In this document: piece by piece, positions 46,990 to 60,329 of the stretch | Layout of the letters: each line of letters begins with the position of its first letter | Position numbering within the stretch: the stretch's first letter is position 1 | Notes under the pieces: generated by a model | Told to the model about the DNA's origin: nothing | What the model saw: only the letters and a program-made list of their open reading frames with translations | The model's database searches: none | Source: Leucoraja ocellata | Taxonomy: Eukaryota | Length of the DNA stretch: 64,000 bases | Assembly: GCA_036785375.1 (NCBI GenBank) | Contig: JAWMAR010000344.1 | Location: 124,001 to 188,000, forward strand | Direction of reading: 5' to 3' | Translations under genes and position numbers: made by a program

Positions 46990-49135
46990 TACGAGAATGA
47001 TCCCAGGGATGATTGGGTTAACATATAATCAGCGTTTGACTGGGCCACTGGGCCTGTACTTGTTGGAGTTTAGTAGGACAATGGGAGACCTCTTTGAAAC
47101 TTACCGAGTGGTGAAAGGCCTGGATAGAGTGGATGTGGAGAGGATGGTTCCACTAGTGGGAGAGTCTAGGACCAGAGGACATTGATGCAGAATAAAAGGA
47201 TGTGCCTTTAGAAAGGTGTGGAGGAATAATTTCTTCCATCAGAGGCTGGCGATTCTGTGGAAATCATTGCCACGGAAGGGTGGGGAGGCTGTCAATGGAT
47301 ATTTTTACGGTGGAGGTTGATAGAATCTTGATTAGTACTGGTGTCAGGGGCTATGGGGAGAAGGCAGGAGAATGGGGTTGATAGGGAGAGATAGATCAGC
47401 CATGATAGAATGGTGTTGACTTGATGGGCTGAATGGCCTAATTCTGCTCCTAGAACTTAGGAACTTGCATCGTGTTTCCCAGCAGGGACTCTAGAACACA
47501 CCAGCTTGGGATGTTAAGCCTTGCCTCTGATAATAAGTTGTGACCAAGCAAATGATAGGCGGAAGGGGGAAAGTGAATATGTATTTTGTTTAGGATACTA
47601 CTCAGCTCGTCCAGTGAGGCTATATTGGTGGAGCAGGGATGATCACCTTGTTGGGGGTGCACTACAGACCCCCAAATAGTTAACTGGAATTGGAATTGAA
47701 ATGTGCCGTGAGATTGCAGACAGCTGCAGGTCAAATAAGGTTGTTGTGGAAGGGGATTTCAACTTTCCCAATATAGACTGGGAAAATCATAGCATGAAGG
47801 GTTTAGATGTGTTCAGGAGAGTTTTCTTAAACAGTACGTGGAGGCCCCCACACGTGAGAGGGCAACGCTGGATCTAGTATTGGGAAATTGGGAAGGGCAA
47901 GTTAATGACGTGTGTGTGGAGGAGCCTTTTGGGACAAGTGACCACAGTTTGATTAGGTTTAAGATAGTCATGGATCGGGACGGAGAGGGTCCACGTGTTA
48001 AAATGTTCAACTGGGGTAAGGTCAACTTTGAGGGTATGAGAGAAGGTCTCGCTCAAGTTGACTGGAACCGGTTATTTGAGGGGAAAGGAACATTGGCCAC
48101 GAGGGATGTTTTTAAAAGTGTACTGAAGAGAGCTCAGGATGTGTAAGTCCCTGTTAGAGTGAAAGCAAACCAGGCAAACGTAAGAAAGCTTGGCTGATGA
48201 GGGAAATTGAGACATTAGTCAAAAACAAGAAGGATGCATGGGACAGGTTTAGGCAGCTGGGATCAAGTGCATCCCTGGAAGAGTTTTGGGAGCAAACTAA
48301 AAAAGATCAGAAGGGCAAAAAGGGGCAGGAGATAGCTCTGGCAGGGTAGCGTAAAAGACAATCCCAAAAGACTTTAAAAATACATAAGGGGGGAAGAGGT
48401 AACTGGAGTGAGAGTGGGACTACTCAGGAATTAAAGCAGTCACCTCTGTGTAGCCACAGGAGATGGGCAAGGTCCTCAATGAGTATTTCTCCTCCAAGAA
48501 GACAGTAGGATGGAGGAACTTGGAGCAGTCACTGGAAGTGTCATGAGAGCAGTCCGTGTTACTGTCGAGGAAGTACTGAAGGTACTGTCGTGTTTAAAGG
48601 TAGACAAAGCTCTGTGGCCTGATCAGATATATCCAAACACTTTGCGGGGAACTAGAGAGGAAATGGCGGGAGCTGTGGTTGAAATTTATGAGTCGTGAGC
48701 TATAGGATGAGGTCGAGTCGGCTCTATTCCATGGAGCATAGGAGGATGAGAGGAGATCTTATAGAGGTGTACAAAATTATGAGAGGAATAGGTTGGATGG
48801 ATGCACAGTCTTTTACCCAGAGTGGGGGAATCGAGGATCAGAGGACATAGGTTCAAGGTAAAGGGGAAAAGATTTAGTAGGAATCCGAGGGGTAACCTTT
48901 TCACACAGAGGGTGGTGGGTGTATAGACAAGCTGCCAGAGGAGGTAGTTGAGGCTCCGACTATCCCATCGTTTAAGAAACAGTTGGACAGATACATGGAT
49001 AGGACAGGTTTGGGGGGGGGGGTTATGGATCAAGCGCAGTCAAGTGGGACTAGGGTAGCTGGGACATTATTGGCCGGTGTGGGCGAGTTGGGCCAAAGGG
49101 CCTGTTTCCACACTGTATCACTCTATGACTCTAAG
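46990..49135 (+). mobile_element. Two adjacent degenerate CR1-like LINE fragments (3' tail 46990-47465; endonuclease/linker plus tail 47520-49135)
   Basis: GDFNFPNIDW, PTRERATLDLVLGN, GTSDHSLI endonuclease motifs; CR1 3' ends. Confidence 0.85.
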
Positions 49136-49617
49136 TGTGTCTCCCTAGCTAAGTACAACGAAAGGGAGAACAACTAGGAGGTAAGTGTTAGCGGTAGAGA
49201 ATAATCATCTTGATCCCTTCTTGCTCTCCCAAAATATCTCGAGTCAAATTTGAGACCATAGTTTCCTTACTGGAAATATGCTCATTCACTGCGTCATTTT
49301 CCAAACCTTTCACCCCTTGATCCCATTAGCAATGAAGTCATTGTGTCCCTTGATGATGCAAAGTATAGTTTCTCTACCCAATTTCTCAACTTAGGGTTTC
49401 CAAGTTCCTGAGTAAAATACTCTCCGATGGGACTATCCTTGGTCTGCTCAAGCACCTTGACTTAATTTTGATTCAGGCAGGTCAGTACAATCATTGCACA
49501 CCCATTCCCTGCTGATTTTAGAGGTAAACGTTAAAGTAAGCTCTGCTATTTCTTTTTAAAAAAAACGGAAGTTTAGCATTGTTTTTGTCATTCACAAAAT
49601 GGTTGAATGATAAAAAA

Positions 49618-49710
49618 GTAGACAAAAGTGCTGGAGAAACTCAGCGGATGAGGCAGCATCTATGGAGCGAAGGAAATAGGCAACGTTTCGGGCCGAAACC
49701 CTTCTTCAGA
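49618..49710 (-). mobile_element. Penelope-derived short repeat, best-preserved hammerhead-like core
   Basis: Minus strand CTGAAGA-A-GGGT-TTCG-GCCC-GAAAC-GTTG, followed by the family body. Confidence 0.7.
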
Positions 49711-51711
49711 TAAGAAATGTGCTTTATCATTCCTTGTTACCTTATTCTGCATTTTCTCTCTCTACCATCTGTGCTTGCAGTGTCTTGCTCCTATTGTGTA
49801 TTATTCTTTTATTAAATTAATTCTGGCCTCAATATCATGAGTACCTCATGTAGAATTAATCATCTATTAGGGAAAGCAGACTTTTTTTAATAAACCTTTC
49901 TCCATTATTGCTGGTTGCTCCAGGCAGGTGTTGAAAGAGCAGTTGTTTTTAGTGATATAAGTCCAACGGTAAGAATGCCTGAAGTGATACTGGTAATGCC
50001 ATATGATATTGTTTAATGTTCCTTTTGTGGTGGAGCATATGGGCAGCAACAATAATCTGGAGGCCAAGGTCATGAATATCGAGCCAGTGAACCAACAGCA
50101 TCCAGCTTTAATTTCCTTGCCTATATCTATCAATCTCTCTTTCTGATACCTGCTATCAGGCATTGAAATCGAACAATACAGCACAGAAACAGGCCCTTAG
50201 ACTCATAGTTCCTGTGCCAAATATGATGCCAAGGTAAGCTAATCTCGGCGGCCTACACATGATCCGTATCCCTGCATTCCCCACAGATCCATTTCCCATC
50301 TAACAGCCTCTTAAACGCCACTATCGTATCTGCCTCAACCACCAGTCCTGACATTGCATTCCAGGCACCCATCACTTTTTATGTGAAACACATGTCCTGC
50401 ACATTCCCTTTCAATGTTCCTCGAAGCTATGCCCCCTGATCCTTGACAATTCCACCCTGGGAGAAAAGTTCTGACTAGTCCAGTGAGATCTCGAGCATCC
50501 ATCAATTAAGCCCATCACATGGACCCAACCCATACGTGGCCTTGGATGACAGTAATTCATCTGTTAGCACGTGTAGCATAAGACTGGAATTGTGCCATCA
50601 GGTGATATACAGGCCTATCTGCCCCTTGATAGGATTCTCATAACTGATGTACCAGGAAGCAAAGCAGAATTTTCAATTACATTTTTAAACATTATGTAAA
50701 CTTTTAGGTAAATATTGAATATGCCTATTTGCTTAGACAATATACAGTAGGTGCAGGAGTAGGCCATTCGGCCCCTGGAGCAAGCACCACCATTCAATGT
50801 GATCATGGCTGAGCATCCACAATCAGTACCCCGTTCCTGCCTTCTCCCCATATCCCCTGACCCCGCTAGCTTTAAGAGATCTGTCTAGCACTCTTGAAAG
50901 CATCCAGAGAACCAGCCTCAACCACTGAGTAAGATCTGAAATATCTGTAAGCATTTTTTTAAATGTAAGTAAGCTCATTTTGAAGAATTTATTAAAAGCT
51001 AGAGTAGGCTATGTGTACATTCAAACCTGCTCTGTCACTCAGTATGGTTATAGCTCATCCTGTACATCAACACTTCAAGGAATTACATTACAGATACAAT
51101 TTTTTTTCCTAAGTTGGAAATCAAAACATAGTTTAGATCTCGCAACAACGCACAAGATTTTTTTTAGCTGTACCCTTTAATACAAACCTGAAATTCACAT
51201 TTTGCAACATCTAAAATGTGGCATATCCGTTCCTTCCAGAAATGCTACCTGATGCTCTGTTCCTCCAGCATCTTTGTCTTTCCAGCATCATGGTAAAGTT
51301 GCACTAAGTCACCCACAGAGACTGAATGTTGTTGTGTGTTAGCTTGCTCATGCCCTTTCCCAATTAAACAAACACTGATTTTTATTTATTTCATACTTAT
51401 TTTCAAATTCCTCAACTTTTCTAAGAGCTACAAGAGCTTTCCAAATCTCCACCGTAGAGCTTCTGAGCTCATGTTCATAGGTTATAGGAGTAGAATTAGG
51501 CCATTCAGCTCATCAAGTCTACTCTGCCATTCAAACACGGCTGTTCTACAGTATCTTTCCCTCTCAACCCCATTCTCCTGCTTTCTTCCTAGAACCCCTG
51601 ACATATGTACAAATCAAAAATCTATCAATCATATAGGATTCATACTTCTGGATCTCCTTTTTAAAAAGCACTAAAACACAGCTCTATTTTACTGTCTCCT
51701 TGCATCTTCAT

Positions 51712-53575
51712 AACAAGAGGAGTTGAGTATGGGAGCAAAGAGGTCCACCTGAAGTTGTACAGGGCCCTAGTGGGACCACATCTGGAGTATTGTGTGCAGT
51801 TTTGCCCTCCAAATTTGAGGAAGGACATTCTTGCTATTGAGCGATTGCAGAGTAGGTTAATTCCCGGGATGGCAGGACTGTCTTATGCTGAGAGAATGGA
51901 GCGGCTGGGCTTGTATACTCTGGAATTTAGAAGGACAAGAGGGGATCATGTTGAAACATATAAGATTATTAAGGGTTTGGAAATGCTAGAGGCATGAAAC
52001 ATGTTCCCGATGTTGGGGAAGTCCAGAACCAGGGGTCACAGTTTAAGAATAAGGGGTAAGCCATTTAGAATGGAGATGAGGAAACACTTTTTCACACAGA
52101 GATTTGAGTCTGTGGAATTCTCTGCCTCAGAGGGCGGTGATGGCCGGTTCCCAGGATACTTTCAAGAGAGAGCTAGATAGACCTCTTAAAGATAGCGGAC
52201 TCAGGGGATATGGGGAGAAGGCAGGAACAGGGTTCTGATTGTGAATGATCAGCCATGTTCACATTGAATGGTGGTGCTGGCTCGAAAAAGCTACAACTCG
52301 CATACCGTCCGAACAGATCCACGAACGATGCGATCTCCCAGGTTCTGCACACCGCTCTCTCTCATCTTGACAGCCAGAAGGGGGGCTATGTGAGGATGCT
52401 GTTCATAGACTACAGTTCCACACGACAGTCCCCAACACCCCCCCCCCCCTCCCCCCCGTGGGTCCTGGATTTTCTCTCCACCAGGCCCCAGGTAGTCAAG
52501 ATGGGAGGAAATACATCAAAGACCCTCACCCTGAGCACAGGATCCCCCCAGGGTTGTGCCCCCTACTGTACTCCCTGTACACACATGACTGTGTGGCTAG
52601 GTTCAGCTCCAACTGGATAATTAAGTTTGCTGATGACACTGTGGTGGTGGGCCTGATCTCAGACAACGATGAGAAGGCCTACCGGGAGGAGGTGGCTGAT
52701 CTGGCACTCTGGTGCCAGGACAACAGCCTCCTCTTGAATATCAAAACAACTAAGGAGCTGATTGTGGACTTTAGGAGGGCACATCATCCGAGGATGTACA
52801 CACCATTGAAGATAAATGGGGATACTGTGGATAGGGTGAGCTGTTTTAAATACCTGTGAGTCCACATCTCAGAGGATCTCATGGACATCACACACTGCAG
52901 CACTCGTGAGTAAGGTAAGGCAGCGCCTTTACCACCTCAGGCAATTGAGGAAATTCAGAGTGTCTCTGAGGATCCTCCAGTGCTTCTACTCAGTGGCTGT
53001 AGAAAGCATCTTGTCCGGAAATATCACGATTTGGTTTGGGAACTGCTCTGCCCAGGACAAGAAGGCTCTGCAGAGAGTAGTGCGTTCAACCGAATGCACT
53101 ATGGGAACTACACTCGCTCCCCCTGCAGGAACTATACATCAGAAGGTGCAACTCCAGAGCCAACAAGATCATGGGAGACCCCTTCCACCCCAGCAACGGA
53201 CTGTTCCAGCTGCTACGGTCAGGCAAACGCCTCCGTTGCCATGCTGTGCGAACGGAGAGGATGAGAAGGAGTTTCTTCCCAGAGGCCATTAGGACTGTAA
53301 ACTCCTATCTCACCAGGGACTAACTTTACTGAACCATTTTACTGTTGTGTGGTGTCTTTTTAAAATTGCTGTTTTTTCCTTTTTCTTCCCTCCCTCCCAC
53401 AAATATGTAATATGTGATTATGCGATTCTGTTCCATTCTGTTTGTAGTTTGTTTTTTTACACAATTCGCGAGCATTGCCACTTTTCATTTCACTGCACAT
53501 CTCGTATGTGTATGTGACGAATAAACACGACTTGACTTGAAGGGCCGAATGGCCTACTTCTGCACCTATTGTCTT
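51712..53575 (+). mobile_element. CR1-like 3' fragment split by a Rex1 insertion
   Basis: YRALVGPHLEYCVQF; tail GGCTCGAA|...|GGGCCGAATGG resumes near 53540. Confidence 0.88.
52287..53538 (+). mobile_element. 5'-truncated Rex1/Babar-like LINE
   Basis: AYRPNRSTNDAI, VRMLFIDYSS, PLLYSLYTHDC, IIKFADDTVVVGLI, QRLYHLRQLRKF; (GACTT)n tail. Confidence 0.92.
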
Positions 53576-53779
53576 TCTTAATTTTTTTCCAAACTTGATG
53601 TTTTCATCTGTTACTGGTGCTATATATATCAAACATTTTTTTTTTAAAGTGCAAGGATTTCAATGTTTTAAAAAATGTAATGAGTAATGCTACTTAAATG
53701 ACTGAGTAAACATGGACTCTGTACTGCTCCCGTGATCAGGAACATTGAATCCTCTTCCGCTGTATAAATCAAACTCTAA

Positions 53780-55211
53780 TTATCACGTACCAAAAAACAT
53801 TTTTATTGGCATCTGATAATAATATATTTTAAAACAAATTGTTAAGAGATGAACTACCAGGCTGCAATTTGTTACAGTCAATAATATAGATGGATATCAA
53901 CCATTGCCCCCAAAGTATTTCATTATCACAATCCACTAGCTTCAACAGCCTTAGTAGTTTAACTTAGAAGCAATGAATGACGTTTAAAAAATTAAAATAT
54001 AAAGGCAAAGCCACTTCTTAAAACACAATAACCATTCTAGATTTAAATTTTAAAAAGTCAAACTTTGTTTTACTGGATACAAGTATTTTGTTTGTTTCAA
54101 AGCAAATAACTTCCAACCAGCAGCTGATAATCTGTTGTCCCCTGAAAACATTAAATATGCAAGATGAATAGATAAGCAGAAGCTTGTTTCAACACACACA
54201 GTCAAACCAAGGCAGCAGGTTTTGCCTTTCAACAATTGTTCGTAGAAACCTTTGGTACAACTTGCATTTGAACTTTGGAATACATTAAATGTTCTATAAT
54301 ACATATTTTTGTTAGGTTTGAAATTCTAAGTTTCAAGGTGATCGAAATCAAAAGGTGAATTGTTGAAAGTACATTTGTGTTCAACGATCAGGTCTGAGGA
54401 GTTTTCACCTTTTCAAATCAAAATATTAGCTGCTGAAGGAAATGTAGTGGTTATTGCAGGTGTGACCTGCTACCTTCGCAAAGCATTTTATTCAACAGGG
54501 AAATGGCAAGGTCGTTAGAAATGTCTTCCACCTGCTTTCTCATTGTCAATTTTAAGAAACACTTCTATTCAAACCTGCACGCTTATGCCTAAAATCCATT
54601 TCTTCCTTTACATCGTGGAAAGCATTCAATTTTATGTCACGTTTTTTAAATACCAAATTACTGTTTATTTTGATAAATATAGAGATAATTATTAAGATTT
54701 TGTTTTTAAATGGACAATAACATCTTCATTATAAAATGTGGCCATTAATGTCACCATTGTCAAGTCATTGTTGCAACATTTCAATTGTATAATCTAATAC
54801 TTTAGGTGGAAGAAATGGCAAAATTAGGGATAATACACTTCCCCTAATTTAAAAAAAAACCCATATCATATAATACATACATCATACAGATATTTGCAAC
54901 AGTTAAGTAGAATGAATATCAACACTTTATACATTCTACTACCTACCACAGATAAAATAAAACATAATTTCAGAAACGTAAGAGTTTGAATTAAAAACAA
55001 AATCCTTAAGAAGTAATTACAGGCTCTGGTTTGATAAATTAATGGTACATCATATCCATACAGGACATTAAAATCTTGAGTTGAAATTCATCTCCGGTTC
55101 TTATAATGTCCTCCAATAGAATAAAATGCTAAAAAACAAAATAATGTTCATATCTTCATTGTTTGTCATGGATACCATGTAATTCTCAGCAACAAAGTTG
55201 CATGCTTTTGG
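53780..55211 (-). other. ARHGAP26: Probable ARHGAP26 3'UTR
   Basis: TE-free AT-rich stretch after the stop. Minus-strand AATAAA at 53802-53807; other candidates near 54486 and 54664. Confidence 0.45.
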
Positions 55212-55300
55212 CTATAGAAACTCAATGTAATTTTCTGGAATTAGTCCGATCTTCCCATCCAAAGTCCCTTCAAGCCAACCAGGTTCCCTAGATGAGTAAA
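55212..55300 (-). CDS. ARHGAP26: ARHGAP26 last coding exon, SH3 C-half and stop
   Basis: Minus strand tttttcAG acceptor (55301-02). (V)YSSREPGWLEGTLDGKIGLIPENYIEFL*; TAG at 55212-14; phase joins the previous exon. Confidence 0.93.
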
Positions 55301-55367
55301 CTGAAAAATGCACATCAGTTATTAAAGAAGCAGAAATGCTTTGTTAGGTCAACAGCATAACCAAACA

Positions 55368-56015
55368 AACATAGAAACATAGAAAATAGGTGCAGGAGTA
55401 GGCCATTCGGCCCCTCGAGCCTGTACCGCCATTCAATATGATCATGCCTGATCATCCAACTCAGTATCCTGTACCTGCCTTCTCTCCATACCCCCTGATC
55501 CCTTTAGCCACAAGGGCCACATCTAACTCTCTTAAATATAGCCAATGAACTGGCCTCAACTACATTCTGTGGCAGAGAATTCCAGAGATTCACCACTCTC
55601 TGTGTAAAAAATGTTTTTCTCATCACGGTCCTAAAAGATTTCCCCCTTATCCTTAAACTGTGACCCCTTGTTCTGGACTTCCCCAACATCTGGAACAATC
55701 TTCCTGCATCTAGCCTGTCCAACCCCTTAAGAATTTTGTAAGTTTCTATAAGATCCCCCCTCAATCTTCTAAATTCTAGCGAGTACAAGCCGAGTCTATC
55801 CAGTCTTTTTTCATATGAAAGTCCTGACATCCCAGGAATCAGTCTGGTGAACCTTTTCTGTACTCCCTCTATGGCAAGAATGTCCTTTTTCAGATTAGGA
55901 GACCAAAACTGTACGCAATACTCCAGGTGTGGTCTCACCAAGAACCTGTACAACTGCAGTAGAATCTCCCTGCTCCTATACTGAAATCCTTTTGCTATGA
56001 ATGCTAACATACCAT
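55368..56015 (-). mobile_element. CR1-like LINE 3' fragment in the ARHGAP26 last intron
   Basis: 168-aa CR1 ORF; (CTATGTTT)n tail about 65 bp from the exon acceptor. Confidence 0.92.
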
Positions 56016-57778
56016 TCGCTTTCTAACCTTTTTATAATGATTATCGGCTTCAATAAAATAAGATATACCACGTTTGCAATAGCAGTGAACCATATAGTTT
56101 CTCCTCATTTGGACCCACAAATTTGGACACAATTTGGACTGGATCGACTAGAAATTCAATTGCATATCTCTGTTTTTCAGCATTGTACAACTGAAAAGTG
56201 TTACCCACTAGCCTTGTCCCCAGAGTAGAGCATTGCTGCGTCTTTGAGTCCAGAGAGCATGAAGTGATTTCCTTTAAAGCATTTCAGAACTTGACCACAT
56301 TGACCAAGGGCCCAAATATGACACTGCACTCTTGGGAATAATATGGTTTCATTAGCAGCCTAAGCTGGATATGGTGAGGTTACTAAATAACGTGCCCAAA
56401 TCCTTGGCAATCATCTGATGCACCAACACGGAATCCCCCAAATCTGTAATCATACACGCAATCACACACACACACACACACCTCCTTTCCCGAAGGGCAC
56501 AACAGAACTTCTAAGCATTTCTGCATGCTGCAAGGTGAATCATTTGATTATTCATTCACATTACTATCTCATTAAATCATCTTTAATACCTCCCATTACA
56601 ATTACAATACCTTTCCTATATTCCGGTAACTGTCTTACCTTCTTACGGAAGCAGCTATAGCTACACATTGAGGCCCAACAAATTGCCTTCCAGCTGTAAA
56701 TGCTACAATGGGCCGGGTCAGCAAGTTCTTCCCATTATAAAAAAGTACTGGAAACATTTTGGCTGCCAGCTAAACTGCTTTATTGGATTAACTGGCTTGT
56801 CTATTGGTAATAATATACAGTGCCCTCATAATGTTTGGGACAAAGACTCATCATTTATTTTTTTGCCTCCGTACTCCACAATTTGAGGTTTGTAATAGAA
56901 AAAAAAATCACATGTGGTTAAAGTGGACATTGTCAGATTTAATAAAGGCCATTTTTATACATTTTGGTTTCACCATGTAGAAATTGCAGCTATGTTTATA
57001 CATAGTCCCCCCATTTCAGGGCACCATAATGTTTGGGACACATGGCTTGTAATTGCTCAGGTATGTTTAAATGCCTCATTGATGCAGGTATAAGAGAGCT
57101 CTCAGCACCCGGCCTTTCCTTCAGTCTTTCCATCACCTTTGGAAACTGTTATTGCTGTTTATCAACATGAGGACCAAAGTGGTGCCAATGAGAGTCAAAG
57201 AAGCCATTATGAGACTGAGAAACAAGAATAAAACTGTTAGAGGCATCAACCAAACCTTAGGCTTACCAACATCAACTGTTTGGAACATCATTAAGAAGAA
57301 AGAGAGCACTGGTGAGATTACTAATCACAAAGGGTCTGGCAGGCCAAGAAAAACCTCCACAGCTGATGACAGAAGAATTCTCTCTATAATAAAGAAAAAT
57401 CCCCAAACACTTGTCCAACAGATCAGAAACACATTTCAGGAGTCAGGTGTGGATTTGTCAATGACCACTGCCGGAAAGAAGACTTCGTGAACAGAAATTC
57501 AGAGGCTACGCTGCAAGATGCAAACCACTGGTTAGCTGCAAAAATAGGATGGCCAGGTTACAGTTTGCCAAGAAGTACTTAAAAGAGCAACCACAGCTCT
57601 GGAAAAAGGTCTTGAGGACAGATGAGATGAAGACCAACATATCACAGTGAATGGCAAGAGCAAAGTATGGAGGAGAGAAGGAACTACCCAAGATCCAAAG
57701 CATAGCACTTCATCTGTGAAACACAGTGGTGGGGGTGTTATGGTCTGGGCATGTATGGCTGCTGAAGGTACTGGCTCA

Positions 57779-58063
57779 AGGGCCTTTTTCCAGAGCAGCA
57801 ATAAGCTGCAGAGCTTTTTCCAGAGCAGTCATCCAATAAAATCCAAGGGATTTTTACGGTGACTGCCAGTCATATTAGTGTCGCCAAAAGATTTTGAACA
57901 TTTCAAAATCCAGTGGCGACAAAAAACAATGTTGCGACAGGTGAAAAAACATCGCGCATCAATACGTCATCACGCCGTGCCACCGCCGCATCGTGCCGCA
58001 ATTTTTTCGGTGACCTGATACGTCAGTCAATGATGCCGGCAGTCGCCAAGTGGGACAGGCCCT
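57779..58063. mobile_element. PIF/Harbinger-like MITE nested in the Tc1 transposase
   Basis: AGGGCC...GTGGGACAGGCCCT termini; 3-bp TSD TCA (57776-78 / 58064-66). Confidence 0.85.
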
Positions 58064-58560
58064 TCACTTATCTTTATTGATGATACAACTGCTGATGGCT
58101 GTAGCATAATTAATTCTGAAGTGTATAGACTCATCCTATCTGCTCAAGTTCAAACAAATGCCTCAAAACTCATTGGCCGGCGGTTCATTCTACAACAAGA
58201 CAATGATCCCAAACATACTGCTAAAGCAACAAAGGAATTTTTCAAAGCTAAAAAATGGTCAATTCTTGAGTGGCCAAGTCAATCACCCGATCGGAACCCA
58301 ATTGAGCATGCCTTGTATATGCTGAAGAGAAAACTGAAGGAGACTAGCCCCCAAAACAAGCATAAGCTAAAGATGGCTGCAATACAGACCTGGCAGAGCA
58401 TCACCAGAGAAGACACCCAGCAACTGGTGATGTCCATGAATCACAGATATCAAGCAGTCCTTGCATGCAAGGATATGCAACAAAATACTAAACATGACTA
58501 CTTTCATTAATATGACTCTGTTGTGTCCCAAACATTATGGTGCCCTGAAATGGAGGGACT

Positions 58561-58715
58561 AAACATAGAAACATAGAAATTAGGTGCAGGAGTAGGCCAT
58601 TCGGCCCTTCGACCCTGCACCGCCATTCAATATGATCATGACTGATCATCCAACTCAGTATCCCGTACCTGCCTTCTCTCCATACCCTCTGATCCCCTTG
58701 GCCACAAGGGCCACA
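58561..58715 (-). mobile_element. CR1-like tail nested in the Tc1 right TIR
   Basis: GIRGYGEKAGTGY; (CTATGTTT)n tail. Confidence 0.88.
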
Positions 58716-58996
58716 TGTATAAACACTGCTGTCATTTCTACATGGTGAAACCAAAATGTATAAAAATGGCCTTTATCAAAATCTGACAATGTGCACTTTA
58801 ACCACATGTGATTTTTTCTATTACAAATCTCAAATTGTGGAGTACAGAGGCAAATAAATAAAGGATGGGTCTTTGTCCCAAACATTATGGAGGGCAATGT
58901 AAACAGATTTGTCATTTAAAATTTAAAATAACATTTAAAAATGTAAAAACTCAGCAAACTCAATTAATTCAAAAACAGTATCGGTCATATCATATT

Positions 58997-59475
58997 TTTA
59001 GTTTAGTTTAAAGATACAGGATGGAAACTCGCCCTTCAGCCCACTGAGTCCTTGCCGACCAGCGATCCCCGTTACACTAGCACACATTGCACATCGTGGA
59101 CAATTTATGATTTTTACCAAAGCCAATTAACGTACAAACCTGTACGTCTTTGGAATGTGGGAGGAAACCAGAGCACCCAGGGAAAACCCACGTGGTCGCA
59201 GGGAGAATATACAAACTCCGTACTGGCATGGGGGCACAGCATGTAGAGTTGCTGCCTTACAGCGCCAGAGACCCGGGTTCGATCCTGACCACGGGTAATG
59301 TCTGAATGGAGTTTGGACATTCTCCGTGACCGCGAGGGTTTTCTCTGGGCGTACAAGGATCGGTGTGGACCCGGTGGGATGAAGGGCCTGTTTCAGCGCT
59401 GAATCTTTAAACTAAACTAGGCACCCATAGTCAGCATCAAATCCGGGCCCTGCAAGGCGGCAACCCTACCACTGC
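58997..59475. mobile_element. Nested HE1-like SINEs (minus copy interrupted by a plus copy at ~59230-59418)
   Basis: Two (CTAAA)n tails in opposite orientations; GGGTTCGATCC B-box in the inner copy. Confidence 0.8.
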
Positions 59476-59810
59476 GTTGCCTTCTATATTGAATTTGAAG
59501 AAGGGTCCCAACCCAAAACGTTGTCTGTCCATTCCCTCCCCTGATGCTGCCAGATCCGCTGAGATTTTACAGCACTTTGTGCTTTGATTAGGATTCCAGA
59601 ACCTGCAATCTATTGTGTCCCTCGATCACATCATACTCACTCTGCATCCAGTCTGCTCATTAAAATAAACAGGATAACTGTAACTGCACCCATCTAACCT
59701 AGTGCATGTTTTGTGAGCAGAATTAAAAATTCCACAAAGAATCTAATGGCAATGTGTAATCAAAAAAACGCAGTGGTAGAAGTTCATAATTCCCTGTCTG
59801 TGCACAATGA

Positions 59811-60278
59811 CAGTCGGGGCGGCCCGGTCCGGGGGAGAAGCGACGCCCATGTCGGGGCGGCCCGGTCCGGGGGTGGTTCGGTGCCCATGTCCGGGGCGGC
59901 CCAGCCCGAGGCTGAAGACGGCGCAGTACTCACGTGAGGGTGGCTGGGCCGGTGTTCTGGCGGTGGTGGCCTGAGTCCGGGGTTCGACCGCGGGCCAGCG
60001 GCTGCGTCTGCAGGACTGGTGGGCGGCAGCTTCAACCACCCCGGGACTGTTCTTAACATCGCCCGGGGGGGGGGGGGGGGGTATCGCCCCAGCGCAGAGG
60101 GAGAAGAGGAGGGAAGAGACTGCAGACCTAAGACTTTTGCCTCCATCACAGTGAGGAGATGCTGGGTGGACTCACTGTGGTGGATGTTAATATGTGTTTA
60201 TTGTTGTTTTATTGTATTGTATTATATGTATGACTGCTGCAATTTCGTTCAGACTTTGGTCTGAATGACAATAAAAGG

Positions 60279-60328
<50 letters not shown>
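59811..60328 (+). mobile_element. Two-hairpin retroposon family (copy E) ending in (CTAT)n microsatellite
   Basis: GC-rich body; stem at ~60142-60184; hairpin 60248-65; AATAAA; (CTAT)n 60279-60328. Confidence 0.75.

Positions 60329-60329
<1 letters not shown>

Larger units (their letters stand above)
56818..58899 (+). mobile_element. Full-length but inactivated Tc1-like (IR/DR type) transposon
   Basis: TA TSDs. About 220-bp TIRs with inner and outer CATAATGTTTGGGACA repeats. Transposase from ATG 57167 (GRPRK; VKHSGGGVMVWAC; QQDNDPKH; WPSQSPDRNPIE) to 58510, with frameshifts and two nested insertions. Confidence 0.95.
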
